Virus record (IMG/VR): IMGVR_UViG_3300027985_001318
Location: 1-64,000 of that record
Reading direction: 5' to 3' (one strand)
Length of the DNA stretch: 64,000 nt
Shown piece after piece: positions 37,717 through 46,291 of this stretch (position 1 is its first letter; each line of letters opens with the position of its first letter). A model generated the notes under the pieces. It was not told where the DNA came from, searched no databases, and worked only from the letters and a program-made list of their open reading frames with translations. Position numbers and translations under genes: made by a program.

Positions 37717-38844
37717 CCTAAACGCGTAAACTTTATCAGCATTCAGCATAGCTCTGGGATTGCTGCGGTCGGTTATCAGCACCAACCGATTCGTACTGGC
37801 TACGATCAGGTCATACCTCAGAGAGTTACCGATCTCTATGCTTTTGCTGCGCGTAAGGCCGGGGTGGTTAAGGAGATATCTTCTACTCACCTTTTGGTCG
37901 AGTACGAAGACGGTGAGTTGGTTGGGGTAGAGTTAGGTCGACGGTTTGGTACAGCTGAAGGTAGCGTGTTCCCGCATCTGGTAGTGAGCGATGCTGTTGT
38001 AGGTCAGTCTTTCAAGCGCGGTCACGTACTAGCTTGGAACGATGGTTGGTTTGTGCGAGATTTCTTCGATGAGACCCAAGTACTTTGGAAGAATGCGTGT
38101 TTGATGAACGTAGCGTTGATGGATGTCCCTGAAACATACGAAGACTCTCATGCTATCTCGAAGAAAGCTTCGGCTAAGATGCTGTCATATGCCACTAAGA
38201 TCAAGACGATACACCTGAAGTTTTCACAGAAGGTTACTCAATTGGTCAGAGAGGGCGAGGACGTTGATGCTGAACAGATTCTTTGCATGATTGAGGATGC
38301 TCTGACTGCCGATAACGGGCTGTTCACAGACGACAACCTAGATGCTCTGAAGATGTTGTCAGCTCAAACGCCGCGTTCTGGAGTTACTGGTAAAGTAGAG
38401 AAAATTGAGGTGCTTTACCGTGGCGACAAGGAAGATATGTCAGAATCTCTGCAGCAAATCTCTGGGTTATATGACAGGAAGCGCGCTCTACAGGTTCGTC
38501 GCCTGCGTAACGAAGGGGCAACCACTGGTCGAGTTTTGGACTCCGTTCGCGTCGATGGTACCATCCTCGAACAAGACAGTGTCGCTATCCGGATTTTCAT
38601 TACCTATCCGGTGGAATTCGGCGTTGCTGATAAGTCGGTGTTTGGTTTGCAGTTGAAGACCGTAAATGGGCAAGTGTTTGAAGGCGAGAACATGACTGAA
38701 GATGGTGAAGAAATTGACGCCAAGTTCAGTAATATGTCTGTCTTTAACCGTATCGTCGACTCAGCTTACCGCATCGGTTGCGGTACTCGAGTTCTATTGG
38801 CTGGATCAAAACTTACTGCGAAGATTTACAGAGGGGAAGTGTAA
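37717..38844 (+). CDS. Virion RNA polymerase beta-like subunit, exon 2
   Basis: PKRVNFISIQHS continues HDD in frame; TYEDSHAIS, ADKSVFGLQLKTV, IDAKFSNMSVFNR. The TTG start in the ORF track lacks an SD and is the intron end. Confidence 0.9.
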   Translation, partial: PKRVNFISIQHSSGIAAVGYQHQPIRTGYDQVIPQRVTDLYAFAARKAGVVKEISSTHLLVEYEDGELVGVELGRRFGTAEGSVFPHLVVSDAVVGQSFKRGHVLAWNDGWFVRDFFDETQVLWKNACLMNVALMDVPETYEDSHAISKKASAKMLSYATKIKTIHLKFSQKVTQLVREGEDVDAEQILCMIEDALTADNGLFTDDNLDALKMLSAQTPRSGVTGKVEKIEVLYRGDKEDMSESLQQISGLYDRKRALQVRRLRNEGATTGRVLDSVRVDGTILEQDSVAIRIFITYPVEFGVADKSVFGLQLKTVNGQVFEGENMTEDGEEIDAKFSNMSVFNRIVDSAYRIGCGTRVLLAGSKLTAKIYRGEV

Positions 38845-38845
38845 C

Positions 38846-39037
38846 ATGTTTGATAATCCGCTAGCACTTACCGCCGTTACTACGGCGAATTTGATTTCCA
38901 TCGCCACTGGGGTGATGCGAAAGTATGGTAGCGATGTGGAAGCCGTTCCTGAGGAGATTTCCGAAATGGAGCGCGAGACCGGCATCGAATCTTTGGTTGC
39001 AGCCAAGCTGCAAGCTAAACTGGCTTATCTGGGTTAA
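38846..39037 (+). CDS. Small hypothetical protein (63 aa)
   Basis: ATG 38846 just after the exon 2 stop, GAGGGG upstream; MFDNPLALTAVTTANL... Confidence 0.6.
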   Translation: MFDNPLALTAVTTANLISIATGVMRKYGSDVEAVPEEISEMERETGIESLVAAKLQAKLAYLG

Positions 39038-39046
39038 GGGGGCGGT

Positions 39047-40486
39047 ATGTTGCGTGTTCAATCTATTGCCTGTGGCAAGGATCTTGGTTATCTCATCGGG
39101 GAAAAGGGTTTTGTACTTACCCCCAAAGCCGGTACTCCGTTGAAGATCATGTTCGACTGTAGTACCAAAGGTAATCAACTCATCACCGCCGGCGAGGGCT
39201 TCACTGAATTCGACCAGGTGGTGGCTCTGACTAACTCGGAACTGGGGGAGGAAACTCCCCACGACCTGGCTCAGAAACAAGCCGTGACCGCTGCTTACCA
39301 GAGCTGCTCTAACGCCATTGCGTTTTCTCGCAATACCGTGAACCCGGCCATCAAAGCAATTCACGAAGCCGTTGGTAACGCAGCTAATGAACTGGTTGAC
39401 CCAGATCGCATGGCTGTCGCTCCGTTCTACTACGACGAACTGTTCGATCTGACTGTCTGGTCTGCAATGATCAGTAAGCACGAAGAAATCCCGGTAGCGT
39501 CTGTTCGTATCGATACTGGGACCTATCCGGACCCGGATCCTTTGTATCTGGCAGAAGTTATCAAGTCTGGTTCTGACAAGATCGACGAGCGCATCTCCGC
39601 GTTCATCAGTTCTCAGTCCGATGGTTACTTGGCTTCCGTTTACTCGGCTATGTTCAACGGTAACCTGGCCGCCAATGGTCGGCTTCAGCTCTTCAGTCGC
39701 ACTCAGAACGGGGAACTCACCTTTGCTCCGAACCGACTGAACGTGCACCACTGCGCGGTAGCCTACCTGCTCGCTAAGGGGATGATTAACAAGTCTCCTG
39801 AAGGCGTACGTATGAGCCAGAAGGATTACGAGTATCAGGTATCTACCTTGATCGCCCAAGCTGGTCGTCGTCTCTGTCGCGCTATCGAGATGCGTAAGGA
39901 AGACCTTCGCACCGGTTTTCTGATACTGGACCCTGCCGTTGGCAATCGAACAGTGATCGTAGTAAACGGTGACGTTTACGATAAATTCCTGCGCGATGGC
40001 GGCACGCCTGAAATCGTTATCGGTACCGTCCAGATGGATGGCGACAATTTCTTGCCTGGGGTCGTTGCACGTGCTGAAGAGGCCTTGCGGACTTACCGGA
40101 AGTATGAAGCTGAGCTCATCGAGCGTCATGACGCCAGCTTCGTGAGCCGGATTAAATCGGCACTGAATCACCAGATCATGGAACTGGTTCGCAACACCCC
40201 TGACGAAGAACTGTCTCGTTCTCGTCAGGAATGCGTACAGGAGCTTCGCGAACACCTCCGTCTCGTTGGCCGACAAGAACTCGATAACCTCTGGGTGCTG
40301 ATTCGTCGGTTGGTTTGCCATATCCTCTACCCGCACAGCGATGCGCTGAAGATACTAACCTCTTTCGACGAGGTTGCCGGCCGACTGCCTGACGCAAACT
40401 CCAATCTGGTAGAGTACCACGTACTGCTCAACTATGTACTTGACTATCTGGTCGACTGCTTGGAAGTGCGCGATATGCCGTGCTAA
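39047..40486 (+). CDS. Head-associated protein (phiKZ gp177-like by synteny)
   Basis: 479 aa; VNGDVYDKFLRDGGTPE; lies between vRNAP beta and the protease; strong codon bias. Confidence 0.65.
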   Translation: MLRVQSIACGKDLGYLIGEKGFVLTPKAGTPLKIMFDCSTKGNQLITAGEGFTEFDQVVALTNSELGEETPHDLAQKQAVTAAYQSCSNAIAFSRNTVNPAIKAIHEAVGNAANELVDPDRMAVAPFYYDELFDLTVWSAMISKHEEIPVASVRIDTGTYPDPDPLYLAEVIKSGSDKIDERISAFISSQSDGYLASVYSAMFNGNLAANGRLQLFSRTQNGELTFAPNRLNVHHCAVAYLLAKGMINKSPEGVRMSQKDYEYQVSTLIAQAGRRLCRAIEMRKEDLRTGFLILDPAVGNRTVIVVNGDVYDKFLRDGGTPEIVIGTVQMDGDNFLPGVVARAEEALRTYRKYEAELIERHDASFVSRIKSALNHQIMELVRNTPDEELSRSRQECVQELREHLRLVGRQELDNLWVLIRRLVCHILYPHSDALKILTSFDEVAGRLPDANSNLVEYHVLLNYVLDYLVDCLEVRDMPC

Positions 40487-40488
40487 TT

Positions 40489-40511
40489 AAGGGTGGCTTC
40501 GGCCACCCTTT
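40489..40511 (+). terminator. Intrinsic terminator (UUCG loop)
   Basis: AAGGGTGGC-TTCG-GCCACCCTT-T. Confidence 0.7.
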
Positions 40512-40532
40512 AACTAGTTAAAGGATAAGTTG

Positions 40533-41300
40533 ATGGAAATCGAACTCATTTCTGGTAAGTCGAGGAAGAACCAGCTCGGTATGTTCAAGAACATGCAGAG
40601 AAGTTCCTCACTCACCCATCAGGACTGGATTGAACTACCTGACGGTTCTATCATTACGAAAGAAGGTTGTAAAGTTTATTTCCCTGTTAGCTGGACTGAG
40701 TGCGGTTTGGCTTCCGTTGGCGACGACATCCAAGTACTCGGCTTCTTCACCGCAGTGTACGGTAGTCGCTTCACGGTAGGATCGGCTATGTCCATGGTGC
40801 GGTTAAGTCCGGCTATCGTGAACATCGTTAAGGGTTTTGACGAAGACTATTACGAGCTAACTTTCGACCAAGGCGGCTTGGTTATGGAAACCTCCGCGAT
40901 AGTTATCGACGATACTCTTTCTTACCGGGTTTACAAACGTTTCGTGGAAATGGGAAAAGTCCCTATTTACATGGATTCGTTGGATATCATCACGATGTTC
41001 AAGAACGTACGTTATTGCTGCGGCAGTAAGCTAGGCGATGGAGAGTCTGTATTGACAGCTATTAGTTGTTCGATACTTCGAGACCCACAGGATCTCAGCA
41101 GACCCCTTAGTTTGTCCAAAGAAGGTCCTTTCTCGCATGGCGACTATGATTTCGTGATTGTTCCGTTCAGAGATGTTCAATTCGGTGCCAGCAACGTTAC
41201 GGCGAAAGTTAGCGGTAGTTACGCCGACATTGCTATCAACTCAGCCCTAGTGAACCCAAGTGATCGCTCAGAGGCTATGGAAGACGGATTACGGCTATGA
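40533..41300 (+). CDS. Conserved virion protein (phiKZ gp176-like by synteny; possibly vRNAP-associated)
   Basis: 255 aa; C-terminal TAKVSGSY..AINSALVNPS faintly resembles the RpoC C-terminus. Confidence 0.6.
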   Translation: MEIELISGKSRKNQLGMFKNMQRSSSLTHQDWIELPDGSIITKEGCKVYFPVSWTECGLASVGDDIQVLGFFTAVYGSRFTVGSAMSMVRLSPAIVNIVKGFDEDYYELTFDQGGLVMETSAIVIDDTLSYRVYKRFVEMGKVPIYMDSLDIITMFKNVRYCCGSKLGDGESVLTAISCSILRDPQDLSRPLSLSKEGPFSHGDYDFVIVPFRDVQFGASNVTAKVSGSYADIAINSALVNPSDRSEAMEDGLRL

Positions 41301-42034
41301 CCATTGATGCTGAAGAACGTAAAGAATTTGATCGTGCAATTGAATTGCTTCCTGACTCTGTCTCCAAAGGCCTTAAGGTTGTTTCACCGTCTGACTTACC
41401 GGCCGGTACTTTGTACCATATTTCAACCAATCATAACATCCCGACTTTTATCCCTTGCGTTTCTAAGCGCACTATGGAAGGAGAGGATCGTACCGTACCG
41501 AGGGTTTGTGTTAGTCCGGACGTATTGAAGGCCATGCTTGGCTACGGCGCTGTTTACAGCGATTTCCAGGATTGGGACGAAAAGAAACAGCGTTTGAAGA
41601 ACAACGCTTATTGGATGATCTATCGCTTCGATTTCGACTTGGCGATTCGTCCAGTTAAACGCCTGCTACCGGATCAACGTGATACCGATGAACACTGGTT
41701 AATCACTTACTCCAAAAAGACTCGCGAGTATAAACCCACTAAAATCGGCAAGCTGAAGATGGTTGGTTACAGTACTCAGTACAAGAATGGTCAGATGGTT
41801 GATCGCCTGGAATTGGTGATCGAAGTCACTGGCTCAGAAATCCTTTTCTCTGACGGCGTGCTGTTAACTAAGGGGTTTTATAAACTTTGTCTTTCTAACT
41901 GGAAAGTAAGTAACCGAAAACATACAGAGATTTCGGTTACAAGCACTGCTATCAAGAAAGACGAGTACGACGCTTACATGAGAGAACGGGTTTCTCTTGA
42001 ACATTTACCACCATCTGCTTCCTGGGGGTCATGA
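41297..42034 (+). CDS. Putative ADP-ribosyltransferase-fold virion protein
   Basis: LYHIS...FIP...GEDRTVPRVCVSPD...DTDEHWL gives an H / S / E pattern; C-terminal VSLE-HL-PPSASW. Confidence 0.45.
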   Translation: MTIDAEERKEFDRAIELLPDSVSKGLKVVSPSDLPAGTLYHISTNHNIPTFIPCVSKRTMEGEDRTVPRVCVSPDVLKAMLGYGAVYSDFQDWDEKKQRLKNNAYWMIYRFDFDLAIRPVKRLLPDQRDTDEHWLITYSKKTREYKPTKIGKLKMVGYSTQYKNGQMVDRLELVIEVTGSEILFSDGVLLTKGFYKLCLSNWKVSNRKHTEISVTSTAIKKDEYDAYMRERVSLEHLPPSASWGS

Positions 42035-42819
42035 TGGCTACTGCTACTTTGATCTACGCTGGCGATCCATTGGCCGGCACTAACAAGGCCGGTAAGCTCA
42101 AAGTCAACGATGAAGGTTATTACCTGGACGTTGTTTTGGGCGCACTGGATGTTTTCAATTCGGCTGGCGCTATGTATGTTTCTGAACCGGCTTTGCCGTT
42201 GTTCAAAGACAATACTAACCTTCAACGTCAAGCCCAGACACGGAATCTCCGTGGCGAGTACGGCCATCCAAAACGCCTGCCGAACCAATCCATCCAGGAT
42301 TTCGTTCGCCGCTGCTGTACTATCTACGAAGACTGTGTTTCTCACCACATGACTAACTTGCGTTTGATGCCTACCAATCAGCCTGGCGCTAAAGGCAAGA
42401 AGGTTATCCTGATTATCGCTGACGTCAAGCCCTGCGGTCCTCACGGAGCGGTTCTGAAAGCTCAGCTCGATAACCCGAACGAAAACGTCTGCTTCAGCAT
42501 TCGTTCTCTGACCGAAGACGTGATGGTTGGTGGGGTGATCGAGAAACGTCTCCGCACCATCATCACCTGGGATTACGTGAACGAGCCTGGGATCAGTTAC
42601 GCAAACAAGTTCCAAAGTCCTTCTCTGGAATGCGTGTATGGTGATGATGTGATTATCACGGCCGATATCGTTCGTTCGTTGCAGTCTGACTACGAAGCTT
42701 CTGGCATGGGCAATGAGAGTTACGGCCTGGCACTGGAAAGCGTGGTGGCTGCTTTCGGACTTGCTGAGCTCGAGCACAAGCAGAAAGAATTCGCTGTTCC
42801 TCCTAGCGCCAGCTGGTAA
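42031..42819 (+). CDS. Prohead maturation serine protease (phiKZ gp175 / T4 gp21-like)
   Basis: LRGEYGHP, VSHH, FSIRS, TWDYVNEPG; C-terminal SLE and ALE candidate autocleavage sites. Confidence 0.88.
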   Translation: MMATATLIYAGDPLAGTNKAGKLKVNDEGYYLDVVLGALDVFNSAGAMYVSEPALPLFKDNTNLQRQAQTRNLRGEYGHPKRLPNQSIQDFVRRCCTIYEDCVSHHMTNLRLMPTNQPGAKGKKVILIIADVKPCGPHGAVLKAQLDNPNENVCFSIRSLTEDVMVGGVIEKRLRTIITWDYVNEPGISYANKFQSPSLECVYGDDVIITADIVRSLQSDYEASGMGNESYGLALESVVAAFGLAELEHKQKEFAVPPSASW

Positions 42820-42822
42820 CCG

Positions 42823-42855
42823 AATAAGAGAGGGCAAGTGCCCTCTCTTATTTTT
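42823..42855 (+). terminator. Intrinsic terminator
   Basis: AATAAGAGAGGGCA-AG-TGCCCTCTCTTATTTTT. Confidence 0.85.
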
Positions 42856-42867
42856 ACGGTTTAAAAA

Positions 42868-42893
42868 TATTTGAGACCTATATCCTTTAGGTG
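42868..42893 (+). promoter_or_regulatory. Putative early (vRNAP) promoter
   Basis: TATTTGAGACCTATATCCTTTAGGTG, just after a terminator at the start of an accessory operon. Confidence 0.65.
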
Positions 42894-42953
42894 ATATAAA
42901 TAACCTCGCCTGCGAGCGCTGTACAAACTTTACTACTTTTAAGGGATTAGAAA

Positions 42954-43082
42954 ATGGACTATGTAAATCGCCTTGGCTGCAACCGCAAAGAAAAGCACAG
43001 CACTCTGGAAACTGTGCTGTCTGTAGTACTTTTCAACCTGGCTTGGGTTGGGATCGTTGCATGGAGTTACTTCACTCTGTAA
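42954..43082 (+). CDS. 42-aa single-TM small protein (below ORF-track cutoff)
   Basis: AAGGGA SD; MDYVNRLGCNRKEKHSTLETVLSVVLFNLAWVGIVAWSYFTL*. Confidence 0.6.
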   Translation: MDYVNRLGCNRKEKHSTLETVLSVVLFNLAWVGIVAWSYFTL

Positions 43083-43103
43083 GGTTTAGGGAGTCTATGA
43101 CTC

Positions 43104-43149
43104 CCCTCCTCTAAGACATCGCTGGCATCTAGGATGTTTTAGAGGAGGG
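43104..43149. repeat. 17-bp inverted repeat
   Basis: CCCTCCTCTAAGACATC-N12-GATGTTTTAGAGGAGGG (one G-U pair). Confidence 0.8.
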
Positions 43150-43238
43150 TCGTATAAAAATACAGCTTTCCTTTTTGTGTGAAACGTCGACGATTCATAC
43201 AGCATTTTTCTCAATAACTCAATCTAAGGAAACAGACT

Positions 43239-43721
43239 ATGTCTGATCAAATCGTTCTGAAAGAAATCACTCAAGCCACTTCTGATGCCGCCAAGGGCAA
43301 GTTCACCATCGGCTCCGCCGGTGTTACCAACTTCGATGCTGCCGGCAGCTTCGAGCAATACCTGACCACCAACGAAGTGGGTCTGACCCCCGCCCAGGTT
43401 TCCACTGCCTATCAAGCCATGACCGACTGGTCCGCCGGGACCAGCCACGCCTTCGGCCAAGCTTCCCTGGAAGCCATGATCGCAGATCCCTCGCTGGCCA
43501 GCACTGAGCTCAAAGCTAACGTCGTCAAGGGCGTCGACTACTCCGCCACCTTCCGTCGCGAAACCATGGTCTCCAACGGTGACATGAACAACCCGCAACG
43601 CGTGCCGGCCTACGGCCGTCTGAACGCCGAGATCGTTGTCAACGCCTGTGCCAACAAGGGCGAGTTCGGCAAGGTACGCAAGAGCCTGGCTGCCGCAGCC
43701 CGCGAAGCCTTCGGCAGCTAA
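43239..43721 (+). CDS. Hypothetical protein, probably highly expressed
   Basis: 160 aa; AAGGA SD; strongly C-ending codons. Confidence 0.8.
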   Translation: MSDQIVLKEITQATSDAAKGKFTIGSAGVTNFDAAGSFEQYLTTNEVGLTPAQVSTAYQAMTDWSAGTSHAFGQASLEAMIADPSLASTELKANVVKGVDYSATFRRETMVSNGDMNNPQRVPAYGRLNAEIVVNACANKGEFGKVRKSLAAAAREAFGS

Positions 43722-43724
43722 CTA

Positions 43725-43952
43725 GTGACCAAGGTAACCAGAGTAGTTAACGAAAATTCTCCGCTGGCCGGTAAATGGTCACGTCCTTGTAGTGTGAAGT
43801 TTGAGTTCCACGACATCGATCATGCTAACAAGTTTGCCGAAGTCATGTCTGACCTTCTAACCAAGGCTAGTGGTGGCGGAGATTTCGAACTCAACGGACT
43901 TACTGTTGGACACGACGTTAACTGCTTGGGAATCGTAGTTGAAGCTCCTTGA
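43725..43952 (+). CDS. Hypothetical protein
   Basis: 75-aa ORF followed by a terminator. Confidence 0.5.
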   Translation: MTKVTRVVNENSPLAGKWSRPCSVKFEFHDIDHANKFAEVMSDLLTKASGGGDFELNGLTVGHDVNCLGIVVEAP

Positions 43953-43964
43953 GCTATTAAACTT

Positions 43965-43991
43965 AAAGGAGGGCACTGCCCTCCTTTTTTT
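43965..43991 (+). terminator. Intrinsic terminator
   Basis: AAAGGAGGGC-ACT-GCCCTCCTTT plus T-run. Confidence 0.85.
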
Positions 43992-44038
43992 ATTCTTCAT
44001 AACGACCGTAAATAACCAACAACCAAATGAGGTAAAGT

Positions 44039-44713
44039 ATGAATACCAACGTAACTTATCTAGCCCGCTTGATCGAATTCATGCGTAAACATTTTCCCGT
44101 ACGAGGCCCTCTTCGTATCGATGATTTGAGCCCTGACATCGAAACTATGTTGAGCGAAAACTGGGCTATCTGGCGCAATCTCTTGCTCATTCTGCGGACG
44201 ACAAGTGAACTCGAGCGGCTCATTGGCGCTAAAGTACCGGAAGCGCCAATTGTGGACGATATCTTGGATGATGGTATTGTCGTAGTTAGAAAACCACAGC
44301 CGATGTCCAGCTTGTTTGTCTTTAGCATGATCGTTACAAATCTCGAAAACTTCGACGCTTTGGGTTTGGCAGACCAAGCAAGAAGCCGGGTTTTTATGAA
44401 GGACGTGTTTGCTTGTTTGCAAACCGTGATTAATCAACAGTCGTTGGAAGTGATGAAGAAGGTCTGGGAAATCAAATTTCCTTCATCATCTGGATTTGGT
44501 TTTAATCAACAGGGTCTGCAAAACGACCAGCCTCTCCATCGCGGAGCTCAAAACGTTTTCCAACAGGCCCATCAACCTATCTTTTACCCGATGAGCGAAG
44601 TCATTAAGCCAATAACTGATGGTAAGTTGACTTATGTTTCCGAGCTGATCGCTCAGGTAACTGAGATGCTGGTAGTGAGACCCTCAGGAACAGTAGCTCA
44701 ATCTAACTCCTAA
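44039..44713 (+). CDS. Hypothetical protein
   Basis: 224 aa; GAGGT SD. Confidence 0.7.
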   Translation: MNTNVTYLARLIEFMRKHFPVRGPLRIDDLSPDIETMLSENWAIWRNLLLILRTTSELERLIGAKVPEAPIVDDILDDGIVVVRKPQPMSSLFVFSMIVTNLENFDALGLADQARSRVFMKDVFACLQTVINQQSLEVMKKVWEIKFPSSSGFGFNQQGLQNDQPLHRGAQNVFQQAHQPIFYPMSEVIKPITDGKLTYVSELIAQVTEMLVVRPSGTVAQSNS

Positions 44714-44730
44714 ACTTGGTTGTAAAACCT

Positions 44731-44763
44731 ATGGGGAGCACCTCGCTCCCCATTTCTTTTTTT
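44731..44763 (+). terminator. Intrinsic terminator
   Basis: ATGGGGAGC-ACCTC-GCTCCCCAT plus T-run. Confidence 0.75.
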
Positions 44764-44775
44764 AACGAGGTGTAC

Positions 44776-45069
44776 ATGGAACTGTCAAAAACCACGCTCA
44801 GCACACTACAGTCTTTCTACGGCCGTAAAACTCTGGCCCGGAACGACTACCATCACGCCGTAGATATTGCTTCTTCTATCAAACGGGACTCTAAGTTTCT
44901 CGATCGTTTTGGCGAAAACTTTCGTGAATACCTGTCTCGCTGTCAGGCTTTGAAAATCAGTCCGCTGAGTCGTCAGCGTTACACGACTCTCGCCAAGACG
45001 CTCTATCGCGACAATACCGGTATGCGCGATGAGCTGATCGCGTACTGGAGTGAAGTATTGATTCGTTAG
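44776..45069 (+). CDS. Hypothetical protein
   Basis: 97 aa from ATG 44776 with GAGGT SD. Confidence 0.65.
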   Translation: MELSKTTLSTLQSFYGRKTLARNDYHHAVDIASSIKRDSKFLDRFGENFREYLSRCQALKISPLSRQRYTTLAKTLYRDNTGMRDELIAYWSEVLIR

Positions 45070-45225
45070 TGCAGCCAAGGCTTCTGCGAAGCGTTTTAAG
45101 CGATAGTGGAAAGAAACATAGGCCGACGCCTCAAAGCGTCGGCCTTATGTCCCAAAATCGATTTAAAGAGCTTTAAACGAGTTATTTTTATAAATACGTA
45201 ACAGACCAGTATCTTGAGGTGCATT

Positions 45226-45588
45226 ATGGACATATACACTATCCAGATTGGTAAATGGCGAAAAGCTAAAGCCTTGGGTTTTGAGGTCTTGAACATTACG
45301 GTAATGAATGGTGAAAAGCGACTAGCTCCGACGTGGGATTTACTTAGAGCTTGGCAGAAAGGCGAGGTCACAGAAGAAGAGTATCGCACAGAGTATTTTT
45401 GGTTGATGCGAGAAAGCCTTAAAGCTAACCTGGAGTTCTGGCTAGATCTTTCTAAGAAAGAAACTCTAGTACTTGGTTGTTATTGCGCCCCTGGCTTATT
45501 CTGTCATCGTCGCTTGCTCGTAGAAATTTTTACCATGTTCTTTGCTAGTCGTGGAATTATCGCTGAGTACAAAGGGGAGATTGAATGA
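45226..45588 (+). CDS. DUF488-like protein
   Basis: LAPTWDLL, EEEY...Y, LGCYCAPGLFCHR; GAGGT SD before ATG 45226. Confidence 0.65.
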   Translation: MDIYTIQIGKWRKAKALGFEVLNITVMNGEKRLAPTWDLLRAWQKGEVTEEEYRTEYFWLMRESLKANLEFWLDLSKKETLVLGCYCAPGLFCHRRLLVEIFTMFFASRGIIAEYKGEIE

Positions 45589-46109
45589 ATCCGAAAGAAG
45601 ATGGTGTTACTCACATCAACGTCTACTCAAAAGCAGCCACAAAACTAGGTTGTTTTCTGTCCAACTTTTATCCGGTTGATCTTGAAATCTCTGGCGAACA
45701 TTATCGCAGTATCGAAGCTTATTGGTATTCGCTTTGGGCTGAGTCGGTAGTAGATGAAAAAACCGCATCAGGCGGAGCTTATCGTAATCTTCAGAGTAAA
45801 GTCAAAGGTTCGTATGGTTATCAGGCAAAGATGCTTGGTAAGAACCTGATGAAATTAGCTTTTGGCGGGGAGATTCCGGAAGGTAGTCTACCGGATACTA
45901 ATTTCCAGAAGAAGATAATCTCGGCGATTCGTCAGAAGCTCTGGAAATATCCGGAATACTTAGAGCTCTTTAAAGAGTCGCGTTTGCCTTTTGCTCACTA
46001 CTACTTTTTCGGTACCGTAGATAACGCAACGGTAGTGGACGCCAATAGACATCCGTGGTTGATTAATGGATTAGAGAATCTTCGATTCGAACTTAAGGAC
46101 CTGAGATGA
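45585..46109 (+). CDS. NADAR-like protein
   Basis: HINVYSK...LSNF...YRSIEAYWY...AKMLGK...AIRQKL follows the NADAR (YbiA / T4 gp30.3) motif order. Confidence 0.55.
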   Translation: MNPKEDGVTHINVYSKAATKLGCFLSNFYPVDLEISGEHYRSIEAYWYSLWAESVVDEKTASGGAYRNLQSKVKGSYGYQAKMLGKNLMKLAFGGEIPEGSLPDTNFQKKIISAIRQKLWKYPEYLELFKESRLPFAHYYFFGTVDNATVVDANRHPWLINGLENLRFELKDLR

Positions 46110-46291
46110 AAGTAGCTTTAGTCGGTAGTTCACTATGTTTTGAAATGGCCCGTGAATTGGCCAGTAAAGGTATCGAAGTCGAAGTGGTTAGTAAGATACC
46201 GACTGAGGTAAGTATCAACGAGTCCCCAGTTAGTAAGTTTAAGCCACAGCATGAATATAATCGTGTTCCCCCACGTAAACTTTCTAAGTGA
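46106..46291 (+). CDS. Small hypothetical protein
   Basis: 61 aa with overlapping start and stop codons on both sides. Confidence 0.55.
   Translation: MKVALVGSSLCFEMARELASKGIEVEVVSKIPTEVSINESPVSKFKPQHEYNRVPPRKLSK

Noticed and set aside
37444-37890. 148-aa minus-strand ORF across the intron, considered as a homing endonuclease
   Set aside because: It is on the wrong strand, runs through the catalytic core and exon 2, and has no HNH, GIY-YIG or LAGLIDADG motif.
38861-40336. 491-aa minus-strand ORF
   Set aside because: It is antisense to the codon-biased 39047-40486 gene, has no recognisable motifs, and is a typical shadow ORF.
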